64,000 bases of DNA, taken from positions 11,964,352 through 12,028,351 of the forward strand of contig NC_092678.1 in assembly GCF_964355755.1 (NCBI RefSeq), written 5' to 3'. Shown here in pieces: positions 49,764 through 60,487 of this stretch. The notes beneath the pieces were generated by a model, which did no database searches, was not told the DNA's origin, and saw only the letters and a program-made list of their open reading frames with translations. A program made the position numbers and the translations under genes. The DNA is from Antedon mediterranea. Its lineage: Eukaryota > Animalia > Echinodermata. Each line of letters starts with the position of its first letter. Position 1 is the first letter of the stretch.

Positions 49764-50775
49764 CGTTTGAAAGAACTGGGATTTGTCTTCTAAGTGAGAT
49801 TAAGGAAAACATTGATGAACTTAGGAGGAAGGTAGAGCATAATACATTTTTGTTGACGGAATTAGACGTTTCTGGGATCCAAACTACTGTTCCAGAGCTT
49901 GAGGAATTACCTGTGGAGTTTCCCATTCGTTCAGTAGAGAGTTTGATGGAAATTGAAGCTTCTCTTGATGCATCTATGTGCAAACAATTGGCGAGTTTAA
50001 AAGTAAAAACATATTAAACTTTTGATTTTCATGGAAGTTTTAACCAAATTTGAACCAATTGGTTGTGATGATGTTTTCACTTTTAAAATATTAGAAACTT
50101 AATTAATGTGAGTCCAAAGACTATTATGATGTGTAAGCCTACCATGATGAACATTTTTATGTATTAAGTTTATACATTACTGTATCATTAACAATGTATG
50201 CCAATTATGATTTCAGGTTTTAAAGCTTGGTTTAATTGGCGGTAATTAGGACCTAAAGTTGTTGAAAGTAATACTGTACTTGGTAAGTGATTAGTGTCAT
50301 TTATACATAGACCTAAAGTATACTCCTGTCTGTATAGACCTATAATTGATTGACTAGTTTGTAGCATTGGTTCCTTTCAAGTCCCATGTGTACTCATTAC
50401 TATCCCTATGTTTACTTCAATATAGGATATAGGTACAACTCTTTTATATATAGAGTACATAGTAGCAATAAAGTTTCATACTTGAATTGAACCTGTTGTC
50501 TGTGTGCTAAATCAGATTACATAAACATACAGACTATAATTATGTCATGTTATGTCATTTATATCACCACCATCCATACTTTTACACTACATCAAATCAA
50601 AAACATTTATCATATAATAATTGTCTTGTTTTTTGTTTTGTTTTTTCTTTTAGGAGCTGTTCGAAGAAACCCAATTTCAAAGGATGCCACACGGGAGGAA
50701 ATAAAAGACAATTAAAGTCTTTTTTTGTACAATGCAAGGGATAAGGATGGGGGGAGAAAGGCAAGAACTAACATT
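49764..50775 (+). pseudogene. Second DUF4806-type gene remnant
   Basis: LPVEFPIRSVESLMEIEASL..KQL; LGLIGG; AVRRNPISKDATREEI..NARDKDGGRKAR. Confidence 0.7.
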
Positions 50776-51204
50776 GCCTACTACACCATTCATAAAAAAA
50801 CTATATTTATGTACAGCATTTTTTAACTGTTTATAATATAGTTGGTCCCATTTCTTTGCTCATTTGTTTAATGGAACATGACATAACCAAAATACTAAAA
50901 CTTTTATATTTATTTTGTAAAAACATTTTCTCACCCAACATTTCGTTTCCTTCACTAAGAAGAAAACTTTTATAAAAATATATTTTGTAAGATGAATTTT
51001 TAAAAATTTTAACTGGACTAATATATTTAGTTTCGGCTTGTGCGTCGTGTTTCGACTGTATGATCAATATTTATACTGTATATGCTATTTTAAATTTGTA
51101 ATATGTATTGTTTTTTTTTTAGTAATATCCAAGTCCAAATAAAGGAGCATCTAGAGTGTTGAAACTTAAATTGTGATCTCGATTAACTACCATTTCGTAA
51201 CTGC

Positions 51205-51869
51205 TGCCCATATCAGCAATTAATGGGTACCATATGGGATTTACATATGGACCCCATGTGGAATAATCCATATGCAGCTCCAATGGGCAAACCCATATTC
51301 TGCCCATATGAGATTTACATATGGGCCCCATGTGGGACAATCCATATGCAGCCCTAATGGGCAAACTCATATGTTGCCCATATGAGCAAGCATATATGGG
51401 TACCATGTGGGATTTACATAGAATGATATGGGCTAACCCATATGACGCCCATGTGGGGCTTGGGTGCAGAATCTGCTGGGGCCCTACTGGGCAAGCCCAT
51501 ATGCCGCCCATATGAGATTTTTATATGGGTCCAATGTGGGATAACTCGTATGGGGCCCTAATTGGCAAACAAATATGGGTACCATATGGGATTTACATGG
51601 GATGATATGGGCTAACCCATATGACGCCCATGTGGGGCTTGGGTGCAGAATCCGCTGGGGCCCTACTGGGCAAGCCCATATGCCACCCATATGAACAGGA
51701 ATATGGGTATAATATGGGATTTACATGGGATGATATGGGCTAACCCATATGACGCCCATGTGGGGCTTGGTGCAGAATCCGCTGGGGCCCTACTGGGCAA
51801 GCCCATATGCCACCCATATGAACAGGAATATGGGTATAATATGGGTACCATATGGGCTTGCTACCTGGG
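51205..51869. repeat. Subterminal repeat array and CCCAG-type right TIR (CMC/EnSpm-like)
   Basis: Higher-order repeats of CCCATATGGG-like palindromes, ending TTGCTACCTGGG, just downstream of the DUF4806 remnant. Confidence 0.7.
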
Positions 51870-52577
51870 TAGAGCCTATATTCTTTTTTCAAAGTAAAAA
51901 TTAACTAACAATATTTGTTTAATTTAAATATTACAGTAGTAGCAAATATGACTACATGTCTGACAAAGTGCAAGTATCCAATTTGAGTTGAGAATAAATC
52001 TGTTTGTATGAACCACGACATCCAGATTACTGATCATAATTGCGCTGATGGCTAGGGTTTAATTTGAGCCTACCTTAAAAATTTTAATATTAATCGGTTC
52101 AATAATTAACCAGTTAGTTTAGTTGGGTGATTAGTTATCTGTGATAAATCATTTTTGCCAAAAATTTACAATTTTCTTTTATTTGACGTAATTATACTTT
52201 ATTATTCACACCACAAAATTCTAACTTATTTTTGTCACAAAATAAATACTTTAAATTTTCCCTGTAGATTAGCATCAACAGTCTAATTACCGTAGATAGT
52301 TGTAGTTTATATCTGTGGTAACTGAAGTCTTAAATTATTTAACATCTTTACAATAGTTTTTTTTTATAGAATATAAATAATATAAAATTTTATATTTTGA
52401 TATTGGTTGTTGATAATTAATAGACCTTAAAGCATTCATTCAAAATAGTCATGGTTTATTATTGCCAGCCTACAGAACAGAAAAGTGTTAACGTGCATTC
52501 TGTGTCAGCACTTAACAAAGTACCTTGCCTGTCATCTGGAAAAGGCCAACAAAGTTAAAAACACAGAAGTGATTAAA

Positions 52578-55500
52578 AACATGGTTTCTGATGCCAGAAA
52601 AAGGTGAATACTTCATTCATTATGAACAATTTTATTCATGTTGTTAACAGCTAAATTATAAATAACATATTGTTAAGTATAAACAAGAGCAATCCAAGAT
52701 TTTTAATTTTTTTTTTAAACATAAAGACAAAGTAAAAGTAAAAATTACAGCTAAAATGCAGGCACAGTAGCATAGCAGGGGGGGTTTGGAGGTACCCTGT
52801 GAACTTATTTGTTGCACACCCAAAAAAACATTAATTGACCGTCTGAAGCAACTTGTTGAGGGTAGGTAGGCCTCATATAGGCTCTATTTATGATTTTTAC
52901 ATTTCACCCCCAACAAATGCCTCTTTTAAAAAAATGCAACGCTCCAGGGGAATTTATTAGGAACAATACGGTACTGTATATTTTCTTTTTTTTTTGCTCA
53001 ATACAAGTTACCGAATATACAAATAAAACATCATAAAGTTCAGTTCTTGTGTGAATTTCTGTTGTTTTCTATATTTAATATTTTATTTTGCCGGAAAAAC
53101 ACCAGGAATTATTGAAAAATCTAAAATGGCAGGTATTTTGAAAATAAAAAACTTCTTAACCTCCTTTTTTTTTTCAAAACCCGGATGAGAAACATGTTTT
53201 ATTTTTTACATGGCCTAACATAATAAATTGCATATTTTTATTTATTTTTCATAGAATATTTTAATAGTTAACTCTACCAATACTGAAAACCAAAAACTTA
53301 TCAATAAAATGTATTGAAAATCACGTATTCTCAAGGGTTTCCATTTTTGGGTAAATTGAATGCTGTGATTGGATTATTGAAAAATGATAAACAGTTTTGT
53401 ATGTTTTATCCAGTTATCATGAGCGTATCATTTAAAGTTTTCTAGATACTAAGGATCAGGGAAACAAAAAAAAGGCCAGACATTCCTGCAGTGTGCCTGG
53501 ATGTTGGGCTAAAAACCTGGCAAGGTATGACATGCATCTGCAAAGGAAGCATAAATTCCCTGTAAGTTAAAATTCTTTCAACTTTAGCAGATATGTTAAA
53601 TCAAATGGTAAATTATTTTTTTTTTTTATTTCAGAACAAGAAATAGTGTGTAGAGTAGTAATGTATTGCCAACTATTATAATTGTTTGTTAATTGTTTTT
53701 TTTTTAAATATGTATGTTAATTACAAAAATCTATTTTTTTAGAGTTCGTAGACTATCACCACTCTGTATTACTTAGGTTCAAATTTCTTTTTTTTAGTGA
53801 ATGTTATTCATCTCTTTTTAGTGAGGATGAGGTCAGTGGGAAATCAAATGAAGAAAGTAACAAGACAACAGTGAAAATGAACAGGGCAGTGACAAAGAAG
53901 ATGCATGGAAAAAGGGCAGTGAAGAAGAAGATGCATGGAAATAGGGCAGTGAAGAAGAAGATGCATGGAAAGAGGACAGTGAAGAAGATGATGCATGGAA
54001 AGAGGGCAGTGAAGTACAGGACAGTTACACAGAGGGTAAAAATAAACTAGGACAAACAGAAGAAAATGGCCTAAAAAACAGGTATATAATTCTTTTGCAT
54101 TCCTTTTGTTTTTAACTTTTAAAAATGTTGCTTATTTTGTGTTTTAATTCTTGAATAGTCTTGCCCTTTATGCGGAAAGAAAACTCTTGACACATCCAGA
54201 CATAAACAAGTTCATAAAAGAGTGAGTGACGTTTGGCATTTTTGTCAGCAATTAAAAAAAAGTAAGACAAACTATTTTTATGTAAAACATAACCACCCTG
54301 TAAATAATTTGTTTGTAAGTGAGATTATGTTCGCCAACCTGTAGAATATAAAGCCATCTAATTTACTTTTGTAAATTATTTACACAACATGGTAATTATT
54401 TATAATTATAGAAAGAGAGAAGCTAACCCAACTAAAAACAATTTGCAAATATTATGAGACTGGATAAGCACCTAAAAAAGGTGTATTGTTTTGAGGTAAT
54501 TTTGTTTAATACAAAAAAAATGTGCTAATTGGAGTTTAACAGAATTTATTTGCCCACTTAATAGTTTTGGTAGCAAGAATAATATTAACAAATTAAATAA
54601 TTCTGCATATTAAAAAAATGTATCTATTTTTATTTTAGATGTCAAATGAGAAGAAGGGTACTGTCACCTAGACTACCCTAGTAGTACTGCTTTCTGAAAT
54701 TTTCAACTGGAATTAAATTAGTTTTAGTAGTTTTCTTACTAATAAGTAATCATTTAGTGTTAGACATTTAATATGCATTTTACCATTGAACATTTCAGCT
54801 TTCACAACAAATATCTTTTTTTTTATTTTTGTAATTTAGACTGGCAGTAAGGAATATAAGAAATATTCCAATTACGACAAGGAAAAAACACCAGATGAAG
54901 GTATGAGTTCAAACTTAAAATAAGATTGTACTTGTAGTTACTGTAAACAAATTGGCTTGCATAAAATGATTTTAGCACAGCCAGCCTTCTGCTTTATTAA
55001 TCTGTCCATTTTACACTATAGCTTTTTCAAAAAAGGTAGGATTTTCATAATTATGGTTTTATTAGAAATGGACCCATTTACCAGTTTTTTTACTCTCAAC
55101 AAGAAATTATTCAAGCAAACAAGCTCATCAGGAGATGAACAAATTGTGTAATGGCGATTACAACAATTTATTTGATGCAAGTTTGCTCAGAAAGTTAGTT
55201 TTTTTTTTTAAATATTTTATAAGTGTTAAAAATCTTTAATAATACACTATAGAACCTGTTATGTTTAAAAAAAAATCAATATTAACCACTCATTATGTAA
55301 ATGTCTATTCATGTTCTGCAAATGTCAAATATTTTAAAACAAAGTTAGCTAATGTTTTCTTCTTTTATTTTTAAACATAGGAAAGTGAATGAATTTTGGA
55401 AAAACGCCTAGTACGATAAGGCCCTTGTGTACCTGGAGTTTTGCTCCTTTGAGAAACCAGATATAAACATAAATAAAATATCAAGAAGCGAAAAAATCCT

Positions 55501-55705
55501 AAAGATTTTGGCAAAGTCTTTAGCAAAGGGCATATCACACCAACGTGAAAGGAAGAAACCTGCCATAAACAGTAAATTATATTCATTTTGTTAAACATTG
55601 TGATTACATTTTTTATTTTATTTGTTATTATTTTGAATTATTTACTAAAAAACTAGCCACGCAAAAAAAAAAAGATAACTATCAAGAGCAGAGTCAAGGC
55701 CTTAA
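52578..55705 (+). repeat. Fourth copy (D) of the zinc-finger/YR-like unit
   Basis: Starts AAACATGGTTTCTGATGCCAG as at 42813 and has the same exons. Lacks the NACRAG exon. Confidence 0.93.
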
Positions 55706-56059
55706 AATAGTAAAACTTAATGGATGTTTTTAAGATGTTTACCAAAAAAAACTTGTTAAAAGTATGTTTTTCACAAGCTAATTAATACATTATGACATCA
55801 CCCGTTACCTCCATTACAGGCTGACAAAATGTCTCCACAATTTGGTTACTACTTTAGTCAACCTATCATGATATTTTATTATTTCATTTTAGATGCGTTG
55901 TGAAAATTTCCGACTCAAGTAAGCAGCAGAAAGAGCATTGGGCCTGCTGTATTGAACTTAATTAAGGCCATACAAGAGTTTGAGTCTTGATTGGTAATAT
56001 TTTTAGTGTGAGGTTGTCTGCACTCAACAATACAGTGTTCATTTTACAGCGAGGTTGTC

Positions 56060-56248
56060 TGTATTCAACGATATTCAGGTGTTGGTTTTAAAAAGTTGTA
56101 GTTTTATGACATATTAGAGTTTTGTATTCAACAAGATTCCGGTGTTGGTTTTAAAAAGTTGTAGTTTTATGACATAGTAGAGTTTTGTATTCAACAAGAT
56201 TCCGGTGTTGGTTTCAAAAAGTTGTAGTTGTATGACATAGAAGAGTTT
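56060..56248 (+). repeat. ~63-bp tandem repeat x3
   Basis: GTATTCAACAAGATTCCGGTGTTGGTTTTAAAAAGTTGTAGTTTTATGACATAGTAGAGTTTT. Confidence 0.9.
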
Positions 56249-56609
56249 AACCACTAGTAAAAATTGCTACACAATGTACTAAATAATAGAAAAAAATTCT
56301 TCTAAAATCCGACCATATGAAAATTATTTTTCCAAGATGGCTGCCAAAATGGCCGCCATCTCTTAAAACATCAGTCAGATTTTATTTTAAAAATTGCAAC
56401 AAAATTGTTTTCAAGTGATTTTTATAACATTTAATATATGAAATAATGAAAAAAATTTAAAAAATTTGTGACTTTCCAGTGGTCAGAATTTTACAATTTT
56501 TACAATTTTGTTGCAATTTTTTTAGATGAAATGTGACAAGGTTTTAAGAAATGTGTAACACTTATGATATTATAATAAAAGAATATTATGATACAATCTT
56601 TTTCATGAC

Positions 56610-57050
56610 GTTTAGTCATGAAGAGTGCCAGAAGGTGTTAGCCACTATTGGTGATGCCGCCATTTATGGCATTGATGGTGTTATCGAAAGCACCGATGAC
56701 AACATAACAACTTATGATGAAGGCAATGTTTTATTAATTTTATTATACTGCGTATATAAAATAATAATACCCAGAACGTCCATCATTGAAATAAATATTT
56801 TGATTATTACAGAAAATGGGACTGGCGAAATCTCTTGGGAAGACGGGATAGGATGCATCACCAATACACCATCTGCAAATACGTCCGCATCTAGGCCTAC
56901 TACGACAATCAATTCCGAGCTAGAGCTATTATGAGTCCAACAGGAGCGTTTAGAAATAGAAAAGCAGAGATTACAAATTGAAAAGGAGAGATTGCAAATC
57001 GAAAAGGAGAGGTTATAGATTGAGAAAGCAAAGAAGAACGAAATTTAGGA
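56610..57050 (+). pseudogene. C-terminal part of a Harbinger accessory (Myb-type) gene
   Basis: QKVLATIGDAAIYGIDG and a (ERLQIEK)n coiled coil, convergent with the adjacent transposase. Confidence 0.6.
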
Positions 57051-57322
57051 AAATCAACAGAGTTTTATATTTAACTTCTATAATAATAGAATATAAAAGA
57101 ATATAAATATGAAAAACGTACATTTCAAATTAGACGAAACTAAATAACGCATATCAACAGTTTTATATAATGTATATAGATTATAAATAAATATATTAAT
57201 ATAAATAATAATATTTAAATATGTATATATAAAACCATCAACCGTTTTATTAATCGATAACAGCAGATTAATAACAAATATAAACGCTCATATAAACTAT
57301 ATCTGTGAGTTTTATGAGGTTT

Positions 57323-58235
57323 TCATTGCGCTAATTGTACCATTAATTGCCAACGTATTGCGTTTGCTTCAGCATGTCCATCATTCATCATGACATCATT
57401 GACATTGTCTCCGTTCATTGGTAGCTCTTCGTTGGGCAAGAGGGGAATGTGCATTGTCATGTTGTGCAAAATTGCAACAGCCATTATTGTTTGGCAGCAA
57501 TGTTTTGGGCTGTACTGCAGAGTACCACCACTGCGATGAATGCATCTGAAGCTTTTCATGACGCCGAAACACCTTTCAATGACATTTCGTGCCTGTGCAT
57601 GTCTGTTGTTAAAATTGTTCCTCCTCTGTATTTGGATTATTGATTGGTGTCATTAACCACTCGCGTAACGGATACCCACTATCGCCTAAACGATTAAATC
57701 ATTACGTTAATTAAATGCTAGACATTTTAAACATTTTAAATATAATTATATTTAATTTGTTATAAGTAGACCTACTATATTATTAGGGCCCGTTTTAAAA
57801 TTATTTTTGAAACAAGGAAACTATGGGAATTTGCCGTCATAAGATATTATATTATTATATGTTATACATTATTATATTATAGGCTATAATTTCAGCAAAA
57901 TTTAACAAAAATCCTTGAGGAATCAATCCATCCTGAAAACGACGTCCAATAGTTGAGTTGCTCAAAATAAATGAGTCATGACAACTACCGGGATACTTAA
58001 TAACCACATCTAAAAACTTAAGATTTGAATCGCAAATCGCTTTGACATTGATAGAGTGGTATGCTTTTCTATTCACATAATACATGCTCATCGATAGATG
58101 GAGCTTTAATAGCAACATGAGTGCCATCTATCGCACCAAGAATATTAGGAAACCTGTATTTTCTAAAAAAGTGTTGTTGAATATGGATTTGATTTTCCCT
58201 ATCCATCGGGAAAATGATGTGACGCCTCAAAACTC
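57323..58235 (-). pseudogene. PIF/Harbinger transposase (DDE_Tnp_4, HARBI1-like) with an intron at ~57687-57903
   Basis: FPNILGAIDGTHVAIKAP, YVNRKAYHSINV, YPGSCHDSFIL, AG|GDSGYPLREWLMTP, ERCFGVMK, LQYSP..AILHN. Confidence 0.9.
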
Positions 58236-58716
58236 AATTGAGTGACTTGCTATATACCAAACTTAATATTTAACATGAAGAGAATGCCACCAGTGAAAGG
58301 GAAATGCTATATTTTCTTTAAGACAACAAATTCTCAAAAGGGATGTACCATATTGAGTAGTGGGGTGAGGAAGAAAGTTATGATGAGGATGCCGAAAGTT
58401 ACAATATTTCTATGTTTTCATTGGCAATCGATTTAACACAGGGCGTAACACAGTACAGTACATTGAAACAAAAATTTAAAAAAAATATTAGTCTGTACAA
58501 TACAATTGTGTACAATACAATTGTGTACACTACACTACTTTATTATGGTGCTTCTTTTACATCGTGCTAAAGTTTACTGAATGGTGCTTTTAAATTTTAG
58601 AATGTTTTCTGAGCTTTTTAATACTCATAAAGAGTTATACATATGCAACAAGTGATAAATAAAGGAGTGATGCTGTTTTTTTAAATAAAAAACATCCATG
58701 TCTGTTTGATTCATTA

Positions 58717-58897
58717 TGTGCATTCCAACTTGCCCTATTTGCATCCCAACTTGCCCTATTTGCATCCCAACTTGCCCTATTTGCATCCCAACTTGCCCTA
58801 TGTGCATCCCAACTTGTCCTATGTGCATCCCAACTTGCCCTATGTGCATCCCAACTTGCCCTATGTGCATCCCACCTTGCCCTATGTGCATCCCAAC
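58717..58897 (+). repeat. 21-bp minisatellite x~8.5
   Basis: (T/G)TGCATCCCAACTTGCCCTAT repeated. Confidence 0.95.
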
Positions 58898-58898
58898 T

Positions 58899-59096
58899 GC
58901 GGGGTAAGTTGGGACAACAATTTACTGTAATTGCATAAGAGCCATAACTAATTAACTAATGAATATCTGTGCATATCATTTTCAGATTTTATTGATGAAT
59001 ATTATTTCCATCTTATACCAAAAAACTAATAATATTTTTTTATGGAATTATGACTGTTAATCTAAAAAGTGTCCCAACTGGCCCTGCTCTCCCCTA
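58899..59096. mobile_element. MITE remnant (pogo/Tc1-like ends)
   Basis: GCGGGGTAAGTTGGGACA ... TGTCCCAACTGGCCCTGCTCTCCCCTA form imperfect inverted ends. Confidence 0.55.
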
Positions 59097-59099
59097 ATT

Positions 59100-59430
59100 G
59101 TAAAGAAACTTCAGTAAAAATCTACAGAAACGTCTGTACCTCTGCTTCACATACTTTTTATGTAAAATTACTGGAATTTTTTTCACAGTGTAGCTTGATT
59201 CTTTAGTAGGGCACATTGTTATGTACGACACGAAATAAATTGAATACAATATAAAATAAGACACCTGATCGACTTGCAAAAGGAAAGCCTGTCGCTTCTA
59301 AGATCACTGGTGGCATAGAAAAATACAGCCGATGATGACGTGATTGACAGTCCATTAAAATCCAAAGATGAAATGGATGCTATGGATATTAGACGGACAT
59401 ATCAGTCTTTCCAGTGACGCATGGTAATTA
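59100..59430 (+). repeat. Diverged duplicate of ~47370-47780 (CACTG terminus plus DUF4806 exon)
   Basis: Shares AATCTACAGAAACGTCTGTACCT, CAGTGTAGCTTGATTC and GATGAAATGGATGCTATGGA. Confidence 0.85.
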
Positions 59431-59509
59431 TTGAATTCCAGTATTATTAACCATATTTATTCAAAGAAACATCACCTTTTAAATAAACAACCCTTATCCA
59501 AATTGTATA

Positions 59510-59760
59510 TTGGCATTATGCGTCTCAATATGACGAACTGGTTGAAAGAAGAACAGAAAGGTAAACACATTATTTTTGCAGTAGGCCTATAGTAATTTGG
59601 AAATACAGGTATACAGCTTACCAACAGTTTGTGTGTTTGTGTTGGAGGTATCTGGGATGAGGCAGGCATTTCCCAATTACATCCTGTGTAATAACTAAAA
59701 TAAGAGAAGCTTTTCCTGACCCTGGGGAGAATTAACAGGATTTAAATATCCTCGATTGAA
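59510..59760 (+). pseudogene. P2X7 C-terminal-like domain exons (Kolobok accessory gene type)
   Basis: AG|RYTAYQQFVCLCWRYLG*GRHFPITSCVITKIREAFPDP..TGFK. Confidence 0.75.
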
Positions 59761-60044
59761 TGAAGACGAATACAGTACTACAGTATCTCTACGTGTTAAG
59801 TTTATTTTAAAGAACAAACATCATCATTGTCATTTAGAATTAAAACCCTAATGACATTTATTTGAAAATAAATTACGATAAATTCTTTTTTGTTTATAAG
59901 ACCGTTTTAACTCTTAAATTCATTCATAACATCAATGTGTTTCTATTGATACTAAATTAAAAATTATTGCAGCACGAAGGAAAGGTCTTTGAATCTGTGG
60001 TAGCAACTCAACTCAGATAGACACTCAGTTCCTGAGACAGTCAA

Positions 60045-60487
60045 ACAACCGACTATAAAAGATACGGTGTTTTGGATTGCTGATGCGTTGGAGTTGGCAA
60101 CTGAAGAAAACCTAAAGCGATCGTGGAACAAGTTAATGAAAAATGAAGCAGATGATCAAGCAGATGATCAAACAGCTACAGACGAAGTAGAGGATAGGAA
60201 CGTTTTCGAAACTATGTTTCAAGAACTGGGAGCCGCGGCTGTTGATGAGTGGTTAGCCGTAGATGCTAAAAATCCTGGACACTAGTGGTTAACAAATGAA
60301 GAAATTGATTTTGTCAGTATCATTGGACGAAGAAGAAGCATTTGAAGCATTGGAAGTTGTGGTGGAGTGGTTTGAGCAAATGCAGAAAGATCCATGTAAT
60401 GCAAGACAGATTCGATGGTGGAGAGATGAAGCTGCACAAATGAGAGCAGCGTCATTGAATGAGATGTCGGAGAGAAAGAGAAAATAA
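60045..60487 (+). pseudogene. pogo/Tigger (Jerky-like) transposase C-terminal fragment
   Basis: TIKDTVFWIADA..NLKRSWNKL, VDEWLAVD..LTNEEI, EAFEALEVVVEWFEQ..IRWWRDEAA. Confidence 0.75.

Noticed and set aside
51119-51897. Several overlapping ORFs on both strands
   Set aside because: They are by-products of palindromic subterminal repeats.
40052-55705. Repeated unit as an assembly artefact
   Set aside because: The copies carry many distinct substitutions and indels, consistent with real duplications. Long reads would settle it.
58625-58930. Cys-rich metallothionein-like or collagen-like repeat peptides
   Set aside because: The 21-bp minisatellite is open in several frames on both strands and has no gene context.
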